Assembly: GCF_963921235.1 (NCBI RefSeq)
Contig: NC_086109.1
Coordinates: 22,198,001-22,262,000, forward strand
Origin: Mobula hypostoma
Taxonomy: Eukaryota
DNA length: 64,000 nt
Reading direction: 5' to 3'
Positions 24,785 to 38,181 of this stretch are shown piece by piece. The notes below the pieces were generated by a model, which was given only the letters and a program-made list of their open reading frames with translations, had not been told where the DNA came from and made no database searches. Position 1 is the stretch's first letter. Every line of letters begins with the position of its first letter. The translations under genes were made by a program, and so were the position numbers.

Positions 24785-26210
24785 ATTTGTCTTCACTGCC
24801 CAGAGGAATAGTACCAGAGGACTGGAGGATGGCAAATGTTGTTGTTCCTTCGTTCAAGAAGGGTAATAATGATCATGCTGGGAATTATAGCTTTTCGAGT
24901 CATACATCATTGGTGGACAAACTAATGGAGAGGTTTCTGAGAGACAGGATATATGAGCATTTGGAGAGGTATAGCCTTAACAGTGATGATCATTCTGGCT
25001 TTGTGAAGGGCAGGTCATGCCTCGTGAGCCTGATTGACATTTTTGAGGGAGTAGCAAAAGAAATTGAAGGCAAAGCAGTAGATGTGATGTATATGAATTT
25101 TAGTAAGATGTTTAACAAGGTTCCCCATAGAAGGGCCATTCGGAAAGTCAGGAGGCATGAGATCTTTGGAAATTTGACTGTGTGGATTCAGAATTGGCTA
25201 GCCCACAAGAGGCAGAGGATGGTAGTAGATGGAGCGTATTCTATCTGGAGGTCAGTGACTATTGGTGTCCTGCTGGGATCTGTTCTGGGACTCCTGCTCT
25301 GAGATATTTTTTATTATATAAGTGGCTTGGATCAGGAAATGGAAGGGTGGGTTACCAGGTTTGCAGATGACACAAGTTTGGTGGTGTTGTGGATGGTATT
25401 GTCTTGGGTTTCAATTGGGACATTAATAGCTGGGCTGAGAAGTGGCAGATGAGATCAGGAAAAGTATGAAGTGATGAATTTTGAAGGGTAAACTTGAAGG
25501 CAGAGTACAATATTAATGGCATGATCCTTAGAGTGGAGGATTAGAGGGATCCTGGGGTCCAAATCCACAGATTCTTCAAAGTTGTCACATAGGTTGATAA
25601 GGTGGTTAAGAAGGCATATTGTGTTGAATTTTATTTGTCAGGGGATTGAGTTCAAGAGCTATGAGGTAGTGTTGCAGGCCTATATAAAACGGTTAGGCCA
25701 CACTGTTCTGGTGATCAAATACTGGTCACCCCAATAAAGGAAGGATGTGGAAGCTTTAGAGAGGATGTAGAGGAAATTTACTTGAATGCTGTCAGGGTTA
25801 GAGAACACACTACAGAAAGATTGAATGAGCTATGGTTTTTCTCTCTGGAGCACAGGAGGATGAGAGGCAACTTGATAGAGCTGTATAATATTAAGAGAGG
25901 TATAGACAAAGTAGATACCCAGCACCTTTCTCCCAGGGCAACAATGGTTAATATTTTAAGGTGAGCGGGAAAAGTTTAGGGGAGGTATCAGAGGTAGGTT
26001 TCTTCTCAGAGTGGTAAGCACCTAAAACACACTGCCAGTGGTGGTGGTAGAGGCTGATACATTAGGGCATTTAAGATACTCTTAGACAGATGGGCGTAAG
26101 AAAAAGAGAGTTATGGGCCGTGTAAGTAGGAGGGGTTAGATAGATTGTGGAGTAGGTTGAAAGGTCAGCGCAACATAGTGGGCCGAAGGGTGAATAGTGT
26201 GCTGTACTGT
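24785..26210 (+). mobile_element. CR1 LINE RT/3' fragment, degraded
   Basis: VPEDWRMANVV, GFVKGRSCL and GSVLG motifs; CR1 tail. Confidence 0.9.
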
Positions 26211-27189
26211 TGATTTGGATCCATTGATAGAATGGCAATATATTTCTCAATCAAGATGGCATATGACTTGGGGGGCTCCCATGTGTCTGAAGCCTTTGTT
26301 CTTTTTGTGAAAGTGTATCTTATAACTGGAGTTGCTTGGCTAAGCTGCTCCAAGAGCACATACCAAGGCCCCAACCTTGACCATCAAAAAGGACAAGGGT
26401 TTCATCTTGAGGGCTGTTGGATATTGGGAATAAATACTGGCCTGTGAGGAGACCTGTACAATTGCATAGGCTGGATTGTGAGCCCCAAGTCCTGTTGCTT
26501 CATTCTGACTGATCCTTACTGTTAACATTGTTTTTCCACCTTGCTTGTTTCTCACCCTGCCTTGTTTTGTCCTTTCTCCATTCATCTCTTCAAGTGAGGT
26601 ATCCGAAAAGTCGCAAGGCCTGAACCTTGTGAAATTATTTTGTTTAAGTAACATTGATGTCTTGAGGAGGTGGAGTACTGAATTAAAGCACAAAATAGTA
26701 TTAATGAATCTGTTGTCAGCCCTTCCAGCTGTGAACTGCTATACAAATCCCACTTGGGAAAATGCTCCTGCGTACTCGTTGATGAAAGATGTACTATTTA
26801 AAGTCCAACACGTTATGATGCCAGTTGTGTATTAGCTGATTATTTAAAAAATATCATCCTGCTGCAATCAGTTGCCTGCCTTGTCCACCTTCAATTCTGG
26901 CTCCACTCCAACATTTTCCTCTTAACTTGCTCACTTCCTTCCCAAGCACCAAGGCCTTGGCTTACACTCTTCCTGCCTCCCCACTGTCTTGCAATTTCAC
27001 TCCAATCTTCCACCCTTGGTTTCTCGTTCTCTTGCTTTTCTGACCATATTGACTCACTTCACATTCTCTCTCCTTTCTTCCATCCCTCCTACCACCTTGC
27101 TTCTGCTTTCCACCCTCCCTCTTTCTGCCCTGCACTCACACCTTTTCTTCCACCACCTTGATTTCTCTCTATGCTCTTACAATATATTA

Positions 27190-27800
27190 AAGTTTAAGGT
27201 AAATTTATTATCGAAGTACGTGTATGTCACCATAGAAAACTCTGATATTCATTTTCTTGCAGGCAGACTCAATAAATCTAATAACCATAATAGAATCAAT
27301 GAAAGACTGCATCAGTGTGCAAATGACAAAAAACTCCAAATACAAAAAGAAAACAAAAGAGATAAATGAACAATAAATATTGAGAACATGAGATGAGTCC
27401 TTGAAAGTGAGTCCATGGGTTGTGGGAACAGTTCAGTGATGGGGTGAGTGAAGTTATCCGCTCTGATTTAGGAGCATGATGATTAAGGGGTTCCTGAACC
27501 TGGCAGTAAGAGTCCTGAGGTTCCTGTACCACCTTGCTGATGGCAGCAGTGAGAAGAGTGCATGGCCTGGGAGGTGGGGTCCCTGATGATGGATGCTGCT
27601 TTCCTGTGGCAATGCTCTGTGTAGATGTGCTCAGTGGGAGGGAGGGCTTTACCCATGATGGACTGGGCTGTATCCACTACTTTTCATCAGACATTCCATT
27701 CAAGAGTATTGGTGTTTTCATACCAGGCAGTTAGTCACTATACTTTCCACCACATATCTATAGAACTTTGTCAAAGTTTTAGTTGTCGTGCCAAATCTTT
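27190..27800 (-). mobile_element. Rex1/Babar-like LINE 3' fragment
   Basis: DTAQSIMGKALP..EHIY..HCHRKAASIIRDP; same family as 4600-6150. Confidence 0.7.
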
Positions 27801-27829
27801 GCATTAATACTTTATATTTGTTTTTACAG

Positions 27830-27861
27830 GGCCTCCATCACCAACTAAAATCCCTAACACT
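27830..27861 (+). CDS. MAGI3: MAGI3-like exon E (32-nt micro-exon GPPSPTKIPNT)
   Basis: tttttacag acceptor, gtaagt donor; phase 1 to 0 is required to join exons D and F. Not visible in the ORF track. Confidence 0.9.
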
Positions 27862-28039
27862 GTAAGTTTGACAACTTTCTCATGATGATGGGGCGGGACT
27901 TGGGGAGCTTCATATTCCTTGTGTATCTTCCAGAATAGTGATCAGGAGCCGGAGAGGATCCTTGCAAGCTAATTGCAGCCTATCAGTATCTCCTGCATCT
28001 ACCTTGTAGAGGATTTATTCCCATATCAGTTTAGATTTC

Positions 28040-28320
28040 AAGCCAAGTTTCTGGAGGATGCAGTCGGGGAAAGATTTAAAAGGGATCCGAGGGGCACTCT
28101 CCCCGCCCCCCCCCCCACAGAACTTGGTTGGTATATGGAATGAGCTGCCAGAGGAAGTAGTAGAGATGGGTACAATTACACGATTTAACAGACATTTGCA
28201 CAGGTACGTGGTTAGAAAAAACTTAGAGGAATATGGCCAAACGCAGGCAAATAGGACTAGCTTGGGTAGGACAAGCAGGTCAGAACAGCCTGGTTCTGTG
28301 CTGTATAGCTCTGACTGCTA
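28040..28320 (+). mobile_element. CR1 3' fragment
   Basis: VGIWNELPEEVVE...FNRHLHRY; tail CTGTGCTGTATAGCTCTGACT. Confidence 0.75.
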
Positions 28321-28464
28321 TAACAGTAATGAACGAGAAATCTGCAGCTGCCTGAAGAAAAACACAATGCTCTGGTAATGCAGATGACAAATCAAATGAA
28401 AATACAAAAAACCCAGTAGTTCAAATGGCTTGTGTTGTGGGACAAACCACGTTAGTACTTTGAA

Positions 28465-28658
28465 GCCGCAAACAAGAGGAAATCTGCAGATGCTGGAAAT
28501 TCAAGCAACACACATCAAAGTTGCTGGTGAATGCAGCAGGCCAGGCAACATCTCTAGGAAGGTACGTGACGAAGGGTCTGGGCCCGAAATATCGATTGTA
28601 CCTCCTCCTAGAGATGCTGCCTGGCCTGCTACGTTCACCAGCAACTTTGATGTGTGTT
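28465..28658. mobile_element. 194-bp hairpin element with 14-bp TSD and hammerhead-like loop (Penelope-end derivative)
   Basis: TSD GTTAGTACTTTGAA at 28451-28464 and 28659-28672; inverted arms about 28506-28565 / 28598-28659. Confidence 0.85.
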
Positions 28659-28920
28659 GTTAGTACTTTGAAATGTTGGATGGGTCTTGGTTTGTGGGAA
28701 GAAAAAGGTGATTAAAACACAAAATATGGAAAGAAAAAATGGAATTAAAGCACTGATGTTGAAGAGGAGTAAGTGATAACAGCAGAAAGGGAGCTGAGAG
28801 AAAAGGCCTTGAAATGTGTAGACGCCCCAGGAGTGCAGACTGAGAATGAATGCCTTATATTACTGTGTAACTTGGATTTTTACAAATAATGTTTTACATC
28901 TCCTGATTTTTCTTTCCTAG

Positions 28921-29083
28921 ACATCAGAACATGAAGAAAATCAAACAACTTCCCAAAATGCTTCCCCAGGCCTCCCTATACCCCAGCCCATGCCTTTCCC
29001 TCCCAATGCAGTGAGGCCCTCCTCTCCCAAACGTGATCCCACTGAGGTGTACATACAATCCAAGTCGATGTTCGACAACAGGC
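28921..29083 (+). CDS. MAGI3: MAGI3-like exon F (PIPQPMPFPP...SPKRDPTEVYIQSK)
   Basis: ttcctag acceptor, gtaagt donor; 163 nt, phase 0 to 1; MAGI3-type linker motif. Confidence 0.92.
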
Positions 29084-29534
29084 GTAAGTGATGTTTGTGA
29101 AGTGGTGCTCTGTCAGTTGGTTTAGGATACCGTGACCTGTACGTTATCTAGAATCGGTGTCAGGATCCACACTGGTTTTGGGGTTCTGGCTCTTCTTGAG
29201 ATCAGGGGGAATGAGATCATGCAGTTAGTAAATGAATGTTATTTGAAGGAAATACTGGGGGTTGAGATCAACTTAAATATAAAAGTAAATTCCTGATCTG
29301 AATTTGACCCAACCAAGACTAGAATGCACCTGCCTGAGTATGGAAAATTGTAATTTTTCTCCTGTCCTGATCAACACAATAAATATAACAAATTGAAACT
29401 TACTATTATGGGTGGAATGCTAAATATTCAAAAACAAGAGGGACATTGAGGTAATTCTAAGCATGTCACCCTTTGCTGGATAAAGTATAGGGCCAGGTTG
29501 TCAATACTCTAACTGACCTAAACCTTTTCATAAT

Positions 29535-31740
29535 ATTGACATCGCAGTATTTCAGTGGAGTAAAAGATATTACAGTGGTACGAGAGAGGAGTTGGCCAAG
29601 GTAAATTGGAAGGAGCTGCTGACGGGGATGACAGCAGAGCAGCAATGTCGTGACTTTCTGGGGAAAAATGAGGAAGGTGCAGGACAGATGTATTCCAAAT
29701 ACGAAGAAATACTCAAATGGCAAAATAGTACAGCCATGGCTGACAAGGGAAGTCAAAGCTAATGTAAAAAAACAGAAAAAGAGGGCATACAACAAAGCAA
29801 AAATTAGCGGGAAGATGGAGGATGAGGAAAGCTTATACAAAAAAAACCTACAGAGAGCAGCCAAAATAATCATTTGAAAGAAAAAGATGAAGTATGAAAG
29901 CAAACTAGCAAACAATATCAAAGTGGATAGTAAAAGCTTTTTCAAGTATATAAAAGAAAAAGAGATGAGTGGATATAGGACTGCTAGAAAATGAGGCTGG
30001 AGAAATAATGGAGCAAGGAAATGGTAGATGAACTAAATGAGTATTTTGTATCAGTCTTCACTGTGGAAGACACTAACAGTGTGTCAGATGTTGAAGTGTG
30101 TGAAGGAAGAGAAGTGAGTGCAGTTACTATTACAAGGGAGAAGGTCCTCAAAAAACTGAAGACCTAAGGGTACATAAGTTACCTGGACCAGAGGAACTAC
30201 ACCCCAGGGTTCTGATAGAGATTGTGGAGGCATTAGCAATGATCTTTCAAAAATCATGGTGCCAGAGACTGGAAAATTGCAAATGGCACTCCATTCTTTA
30301 AGCAAGGAGCAAGGCAGCTGAAAGGAAATTATAGGGCAGTTAGCTTGGCTTCAGTGGTTGGGAAGATGTTGGGAGTCGATTGTTAAAGATGAGGTTATGG
30401 AGTACTTGGTGACACAGGACAAGATAGGGCAAAGTTAGCATGTTTCCTTCAGGGAAGATCTTGCCTGATAAACCTGTTGGAATTCTTTGAGGAGATTAAA
30501 GTAGGATAGATAAAGGGGATGCAGTGGATGTTGTATATTTAGACTTTCAGATGGCTTTTGACAAAAGTGCCACACATGAGGCTGTTTACCAAGTTAAGAG
30601 CTCATGGTATTACAGGAAAGTTACTAACATGGTTAGAGCACTGGCTGATTGGTAGGAGGCAGCGAGTGGGAATAAAATGATCCTTGCCTAGTTGGCTAGC
30701 AGTGACTGGTGAAACGCAGGAGTTGGTGTTGGGACCGCTTCTTTTTCTGGTGGATATAAATGATTTAAATAATGGAATAGATGTCTTTGTTGCTAAGTTT
30801 GCAGATGATACAAAGATTGGTGGAGGGGCAGGTAGTATTGAGGAAACAGGTAGGCTGCAGAAGGCCTTGGACAGATTAGGAGAATGGGCAAGAAGGTGGC
30901 AAATGAAATTCAATGTTGGAACATGCTCGGCCATGCACTTTGATAGAAGAAATAAACGTGCAGACTATTTTCTAAATGGGGAGAAAATCCAAAAATCTGA
31001 GATGCAAAGGGAGTTGGGAGTCCTTGTGCAGAACACCCTAAAAGGTTGGCTTGCAGGTTGAGTCGGTGGTAAGGCAGGCAAATGCAATGTTAGCATTCAT
31101 TTCAGGAGGTCTTGAATACACAAGCAGGGATGTGATGCTGAGGCTGCATAAGGCACTGGTGAGGCTTCACTTTGAGTATTGTGAAGTTTGAGCTTTTCAT
31201 GTAAGAAAAGATGTGCTGGCATTGGAGAGGGTCCAGACATGGTTCACAAAGATGATTTTGAGAATGAAAGGGTTATGAAATGAGGAACTTTTGATGGCTC
31301 TGGGTCTGTACTTTCTGAAATTTAGGAGGATGGGGTGGGGGTGGGGAGATCTCATTGAAAGCTTTTGAATGTTGAAAAGCCTAGACAGAGTAGATGTGGA
31401 AAAGATGTTTCCTATGGTGAGGGAGTCTAAGACAAGAGAGCACAGCTTCAGGATAGAGGGACATCCATTTAAAACAGAGATGTGGAGAAATTTCTTTAGC
31501 CGGAGGGTGGTGAATTTGTGAAATTTGTTACCACAGGCAGCTGTGGAGGCCAGGTCATTGGGTGTATTTAAGGCAGATTGATGGGTTCTTGATTAGACAT
31601 GGCATCAAAGGTTATGGGGAGAAGGCAGGGGAATGGGGTTGAGGAGGGGAGAAGAAGAATCAGCCATGATTGAATGGCGGAGCAGACTCAATGGTCGATG
31701 GGTCAATTGGACTAATTCTGCTCCTATGTCTAATGGTCAT
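29535..31740 (+). mobile_element. 5'-truncated CR1 LINE, degraded
   Basis: QPWLTREVK and KFADDTKIGGG motifs; CR1 3' UTR. Confidence 0.93.
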
Positions 31741-32826
31741 AATATACATGTGGGTTGAACTGAACTGAAGCAAAGTCTGGTCCATTTTAGCTCAGATCAG
31801 GCAACTGGTCTTGAATGGAGGGGTGTCTATGGATGGAAGGCCTTGTGTGGAAAAAGCAATCAAATCAAAAACTTGCTTACAAGGTTTGAAAATGAATTGT
31901 TTCTCTGAACATTATTCATTTAAAAATGTATATAATGTAAATATTAGTTTTAGTTATACGATATTTAAGTATTTACACTAAATACATTGGGCAAGTGTTG
32001 GGATTTGAGCTTGCTGGTTTTCATAGTTACTGACCCAGTTCCAGACATAAATATCTTAGTAACAACTTAAGTATCCTATTTAAGCCTAAATATATAGCAT
32101 TATATACTGGCTGCCAAGTGATAATAGGTGTTAGTTGATTTACTTTGAGAATAAGGAATTTTCTCATTACCACAGTTATGTTTTCCCCGTGCCTGAGATA
32201 ACTGAGCCAATTTCCATGCCGTGCAACCATGAAAGAGCAGTCATTTTATCCATTGTGATTGTATTTGTGTCTGATTGTACACAGTTGATCATCAGTGGCT
32301 TGAAGCAGTTTATCCAAGTGCTTCTGAGTGGCGAAGAGAGTTCTTGCTCCTAACTCCAGTTGTCACTTGCTAGCTGGGATCCATACTTATAGTGCCAAAA
32401 ATCTGGGAGAAAAATTAACACAGGGATAAAGCCCAGCACTTACACTGCATGGGTAGACATCACGATGGGTACTAAATTCCTGTCCACTAGAGAAGGCGTG
32501 ACCTTGAACTCCATTGTTGGCCGCACTGGTGATTATAGTAGTTTCACAGGGAGTCCAAATCCTAAGTGTAGGAGTGACTCCCATCCCATCTGGTGTCTTG
32601 GCAAATGGGATACAGGGCAAAGAGATTTTGACATGCTAGGTCTAAGAAATAGAGCTGGTTTGAACGCACATACAGGGGCCTGGAACAGACAGTTATAATG
32701 CCAACTGTATCAGTGTTGATAGCTTTCATAACTATGGTATTCCCTTTGCCTGTTTCCATGGCTACTGCATCTTTTTGATAGTTTCCACACCACTTTTGAC
32801 ACCTTTTGGGTTTCCTTGTTATTCAG

Positions 32827-32918
32827 CTCCAAACACTAAAGACATCGACATCTTTCTGCGTAAAATGGAGAGTGGGTTTGGATTCAGAGTACTTGGTGGT
32901 GATGGACCAGACACCCCT
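32827..32918 (+). CDS. MAGI3: MAGI3-like exon G (PDZ3 N-part: [31 protein letters not shown])
   Basis: attcag acceptor, gtaagt donor; 92 nt, phase 1 to 0. Confidence 0.93.
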
Positions 32919-33264
32919 GTAAGTGTTTTCTCATTTTAAATCCCTCTGTTCACTCTGCTACTGGTTTGCTGATTCTTTCTCATAATTAGTTGACTAGAAC
33001 TGTTAGCACTGTGTGAAAATGTTAAAGACTATGATACTGGTGAGAAGTAACAGATTCAAAGGCAAAGGGCCAAGTGCTGAGTTGACTGATGCGGTGGTAA
33101 TAAGTTTTCTTTGAGCTGGGCTGCAGAATTTACCAGCGCAATCTGTCCATTTCACAGCCATTGTGTTGGTGAGCCTGCTCCAAGGCTGGTGTGATACTTA
33201 AAACATCATGTAGATCTGGGGCTCAACCCATATTTTGCTCTCTCTACCCCATCCCCATTATCAG

Positions 33265-33457
33265 GTTCTGATTGGGGCAGTGATCCCACTGGGATCAGCT
33301 GAGCGAGATGGGCGTCTTCGTGTGGCTGATGAGCTGCTGTGCGTTGATGGAGTCTCCGTCAAAGGGAAGTCTCATCGCTTTGTGTTAGAACTGATGCAGA
33401 ATGCTACACGAAATGGCCAAGTGTTGCTGACAGTCAGGAGGAATGTCCTGCCTACTG
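33265..33457 (+). CDS. MAGI3: MAGI3-like exon H (PDZ3 C-part)
   Basis: atcag acceptor, gtgagt donor; [29 protein letters not shown]...LLTVRR; 193 nt, phase 0 to 1. Confidence 0.94.
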
Positions 33458-33699
33458 GTGAGTGTGACTGGAACTCTTCCAACCCATGCCATTCCTAGCA
33501 AGTGTAGGTTTGAGTTTATTCAATGGCCTACCCTGTTCAGTATTACTAATCATGTTCATCTTTAGCAGTAGGCTTAAAATTATAAACATCTGGAGAGTCC
33601 ACATTGACCAGAACCTTAATTGACATGTATAAAATACCCAGTGGCTCAGATGTTTCATTCCTGATTGTCCTTTAACTTACAATTCATGTGGGTAGTGGT

Positions 33700-34220
33700 T
33701 AGACCATAAGACATAGCAGAATTAAGCCATTCAGCCCATTGAGTCTGCTCTGCCATTCCATCATGGCTGATCCCGGATCCCACTCAACCCCATACATCTG
33801 CCTTCTTGCCATATCCTTTGATGCCCTGACTGATCGGGAAATTATCAACTTCCACCTTGAGTATACCCACGGACTTGGCTTCCACCACAGTCTGTGGTAG
33901 AGCATTCCATAGATTCAGTGCTCTCTGGCTTAAAAAAATTCCTCCTTACCTCTGTTCTAAAAGATCACCCCTCAATTTTGAGGCTGTGTCCTCTAGTTCT
34001 GGATATTCCCACCAGAGGAAACGTCCTCTCCACATCCACCTTGTCCAATCCTGTAACTATTTGGTAGGTTTCAATGAGATCCCTTTCCATTCTTTTAAAT
34101 TCCAGTGAGTATAAGCCCACAGCTGCCAAATGCTCCTCATATGTTAACCCCTTCATTATCCTCGTGAACCTCCTCTGGACTCTCCAATGACAGCACGTTC
34201 TTTCTGAGATATGTGGCCTA
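33700..34220 (-). mobile_element. CR1 3' fragment
   Basis: MKGLTYEEHL..GLYSLEF..RTRGHSLKIEG; 3' UTR at 33700-33800. Confidence 0.9.
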
Positions 34221-36162
34221 TATGCTTGATGCTTTACAATACTGGAATTTCCTGTATCAGGAGGTCCTGGTGCAAAGTTTCAACCTGAAATGCTGGCAAT
34301 TCCTTTCCTTCCCCTTCTCAGATGCTGCTTGACCCGCTGAGTAGTTACTCCGGGTCATTTGTTGCTCCAGCTTGCTCAATCGGTGCTCCCTCCCTCTCAC
34401 TGCACTATGCTACATATACAGAATGCACTGCAGTAACTTTTCAAAGTTTTGTCAGTACTCTGAAACCAAGGAGGGCATGGTCAGCAGGTGCATAGAGATG
34501 TCACCATCTTCAGGTTGCACAGCATCCGAATTTGGGCAGTTTTCTCATTGTCACAAAGTAAAAATTCTGTTTTTTTTAATCTTTAAAGATTTTGTCCACT
34601 TACATCATTACCACTATTTCAAGAGCAACTTGGGGAGGCCAATAAAGGGTGTTTGGGAGCAGATTTGACAATTCTTAAAATTGCATTTATACTTGAAGGG
34701 TTAAGTTTGTAAAGCACTTTTAGCCAGAAGAGGTTTATCAGGACTCTGCCTGGATTAGAGAGCATGTGCTGTCAGGAGAGATTGGATAAACCTGGATTGT
34801 TTTCTCTGGAGGAATGAAGGCTGAGGAGAGATCGGATGGAGGTCTATAAGATTGAGAGGTATAGACAGTAGACAGCAAGTGTCTTCTTCCCCAGGGTCGA
34901 GGTGTCTAATACAAGATGACGTGCTTAAGGTGAGAGATAAGTTCAAAGGAGATGTTTGTGTCAAGTTTTTATTAAATATGGGGGCCTAGAATGTGCTGCT
35001 AGGGGTGATGGTGAAAGCAAATACAGGTTTCCCCCGCTATCCGAAGGTAGAGCATTCCTATGAAATGGTTCGTAAGCCGGAATATCGTAAAGTGAATAAG
35101 CAATTACCATTTATTAAATGGGAAAAAATTTTGAGCGTTCCCAGACCCAAAAAAATAACCTACAAAATCATGCCAAGTAACACACAAAACCTAAAATAAC
35201 AGTACAGGTGTTCCCCGCTTTTCGAACGTTCGTTTTACGAAACCTCACTGTTACGAAAGACCTACATTAGTACCCTGTTTTCGCTTTCAGAAGGTGTTTT
35301 CACTGTTACGAAAAAAGATCAGCGCACAAAAAAAGACAGCACGCGCCCCAAGCAGTCACTCTCCCCGGATTCGGAACTGCATTCTCGCCGGCATTGCTTA
35401 AACACATGCCTGTGAGCAGTCGTTTGCAAGATGAGTTCTATGGTATCAGAAAAGCCTAAAAGAGCTCGTAAGGGTGTTACACTTAGCGTAAAACTAGACA
35501 TAATTAAGCGTTTCGATCGTGGTGAACGAAGCAAGGACAAAGTGAGTTTGGCTTGTGGAAGCTGACGAAGATGATGTTGAAGAGGTTTTGGCATCCCATG
35601 ACCAAGATCTGATAGATGAACAGCTGATGCAATTGGAAGAAAAAAGGATAACAATTGAAACCGAATGAGTAATGATAAAGTATGACTTTAATTTTGAATG
35701 GGTACGTCGGTTTAGGGGATATTTGCAGGATGTTTGAGTTCTTACAAAGAATTGTGTGATAGAAGAATGAGTGAGGCTCAGCAGTCGAGCAAGCCTTCCA
35801 CATCAGCCACAGCAGACGACGAACCTCGACCTTCGACATCGAGGCGGGCAGAGATAGAAGATGACCTTCCTGCCCTAATGGAAACAGACGATGACGAGAT
35901 GACACCCCAGTGTCCCACCACCCCAACCCCCGGGCCATGGACAGATACCGATTCACAGAGAATGCAACGGTAGCCGGGAGGCACACAGCACATCTTTAAG
36001 AAAGAAGCTGAAATAAACATGCTAATTAATTAGGTGCCGCCGATACATAATTGTCGGCCCAGATCAGAGACGATGCAATCGGAAATCGGCACTGATCTGG
36101 GCCGACAATTACGTGCCGGGCGGCACCAAATTAATTAGCATGTTTGTTTCAGCTTTTTTCTT

Positions 36163-38181
36163 TTTCTTAAATATAATTTTTATTGAGTTTTCAAAGTAAA
36201 TACATGAGAAAATAATATCTACCCTCCCCCGTCCCCTTAACCCTCTCCCCGATATATACTCCTACCTAAAGAGAAAAGAAAAAAAAAGAACCGCCTGAAT
36301 ATTGGAAGGTTTGCACATGCTCCATGGGATTAAAAATAAATTTAATATATATTTGTTACTTTCCCCAAGGAACCAACATCTTTATCATCGGAGCTGTAAA
36401 TAAGGGCTCCAAATATTCAAAAATGTTTCATATTTATCTCTTAAAATCTGAAACATTACTTAGCTTCTCAACTCTCATAGTTCCCTGAGGAATCTCTTGA
36501 ACTTCACCATGTTGCTATGTGTTTCCCTCCCAATCATCCAGGCAAAAAGAAAAAAAAGATAGATAAGATACAAAAAAAGAAAAAACAAAATACCCCCCCC
36601 CCCACTGATGTTGTGAATGAAAAGGTACACAACACTACCCCCCTCCATTGTGGGGGTCGTGGCTATTGCCACACTTGCACACATGAATAACGTAGCGATT
36701 GGTCAGTATTTCTTCCAGCTCCCCCGTAACAAAAAATTGTATATATATAAAAAAAATTAATGTCATTATTCCCAGCTAATATTCCTCAAATTTTAACCTT
36801 TCTTTCCCTCCCTCATATAATTAATAATATTTATATATTCATCCGCCTAAAAATCCAACAGGCCTAATCCTTGATTCAGTCTTCATCTTCAATCCATCTC
36901 GCTCCCCTAGGTTTGTTCTTGTATCTGGTGAATATTCAAAGAATCTCGCACAAACTCCTCCGCTTTCTGGTAATCATCAAAAAATCTTTTTTCTCCCCCC
37001 ACCAGCCAAAAAAATCTTCAAGGTTGCAGGATAACGCAATATAAATTGATAACCGTGATCCCATAGGGCTTTTTTCACTGGATTAAACTTCTTTCTTCTT
37101 TTCAAAAGTTCATAACTTATGTCAGGGTAGAAAAAAATTTTCTTCCCTTCTTTCATCAGTGGCCCTTTTCTCTTCTTGGCAGCTTGGGCAGCCGCCTGTA
37201 GAATCCTTCCTTTGTCTTGAAATCTTAAGAATTTTATTAAAATTGATCGTTGATATTGGTCATCTTGTGGTTTTGGTCTTAGAGCTCTATGTACCCGCTC
37301 AATTTCAATTGATCTGTCTTCCTCTTTCATTTGCAAGGTTTTCGGGATCCATTTTTGAAAAAATTCTATTGGATTATCTCCTTCTATACCTTCTTTAAGA
37401 CCAACAATTTTAATATTATTACATCTACTAAAATTTTGCAACACGTCCACTTTCTCCAAGAGTCCATTTCTTTCCATGTTCCAGACAATCACATCATTTT
37501 CTGTTTTTTCCAGTCTATCGTTAATATGTTCCATTGTTCTTTGCATCGTCTGAAGTTTCTTATCCATTTTGTCCTGTCTTTTCATAGCTTTATCATAGCA
37601 CATCTTCACGTCTCTAAGCTCTGTTCTTAATTTTCTTAGTTCTGCCGTTAATTGCAATAAAGCCTCTCTTATGTCTCTGTCATCTCCTTTACTTCCTGTC
37701 TCTTCCAGTTCTTGCTCCTCTTCTTCATCTGTATTCTCTGCGGTATCCAATTCTGACTCTGAGTCACTTTCAGTTGCAGTGGCCGTTGGTTCTTGTTTAA
37801 GTTGTGTCGATTTGCGCATGCGTACTTCTTTGCACATGTGCATTTCTGGCATCTTCTTCTGAGAGACCGCTACCGCCGCCATTGGTCCCTGTTCTTCTAC
37901 GCCAGAGATAAAATGCGTCTCCTCCGAAGGAGATCCAACCTGAATCCGAGGCTCCATCGCTGCAGTAGACCCTTTTTTCTTCCCATCTTGCAGTGACTTC
38001 ACAACAACAGACTTCTTCTGTTGCAGTTTACGAGGCATATCGTAGAGTAGTCTTACGAAGTTTATAAGTAGTTTTCGGAAAGTATTTATTAACTTTACTT
38101 TGTTTAAACGGTACTTTGCTGATTTTTTACGGGAGAGCTGGAATTACACGTCTCAATCCCACGTCATCACGTGACTCGCCC
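36163..38181 (-). mobile_element. L1-clade element with ORF1 only (half-L1/HAL1-like), 13-bp TSD
   Basis: TSD CAGCTTTTTTCTT at 36150-36162 and 38182-38194; 5' end GGGGCGAGTCACGTGATGACGT; AATAAA and A-rich tail at the 3' end. Confidence 0.88.
36907..38038 (-). CDS. L1 ORF1p (coiled coil, RRM, CTD); 1-nt frameshift near 36990
   Basis: SRCNNIKIVGLKEG, IERVHR, IKFLRFQDK, FYPD..RRKKF and YPATLKI motifs. The natural C-terminus FDDYQKAEEFV...QT* continues in a shifted frame to 36907. Confidence 0.88.

Noticed and set aside
35734..35973. Acidic 79-aa ORF
   Set aside because: C-terminal remnant of the Tigger B transposase region, not a separate gene.
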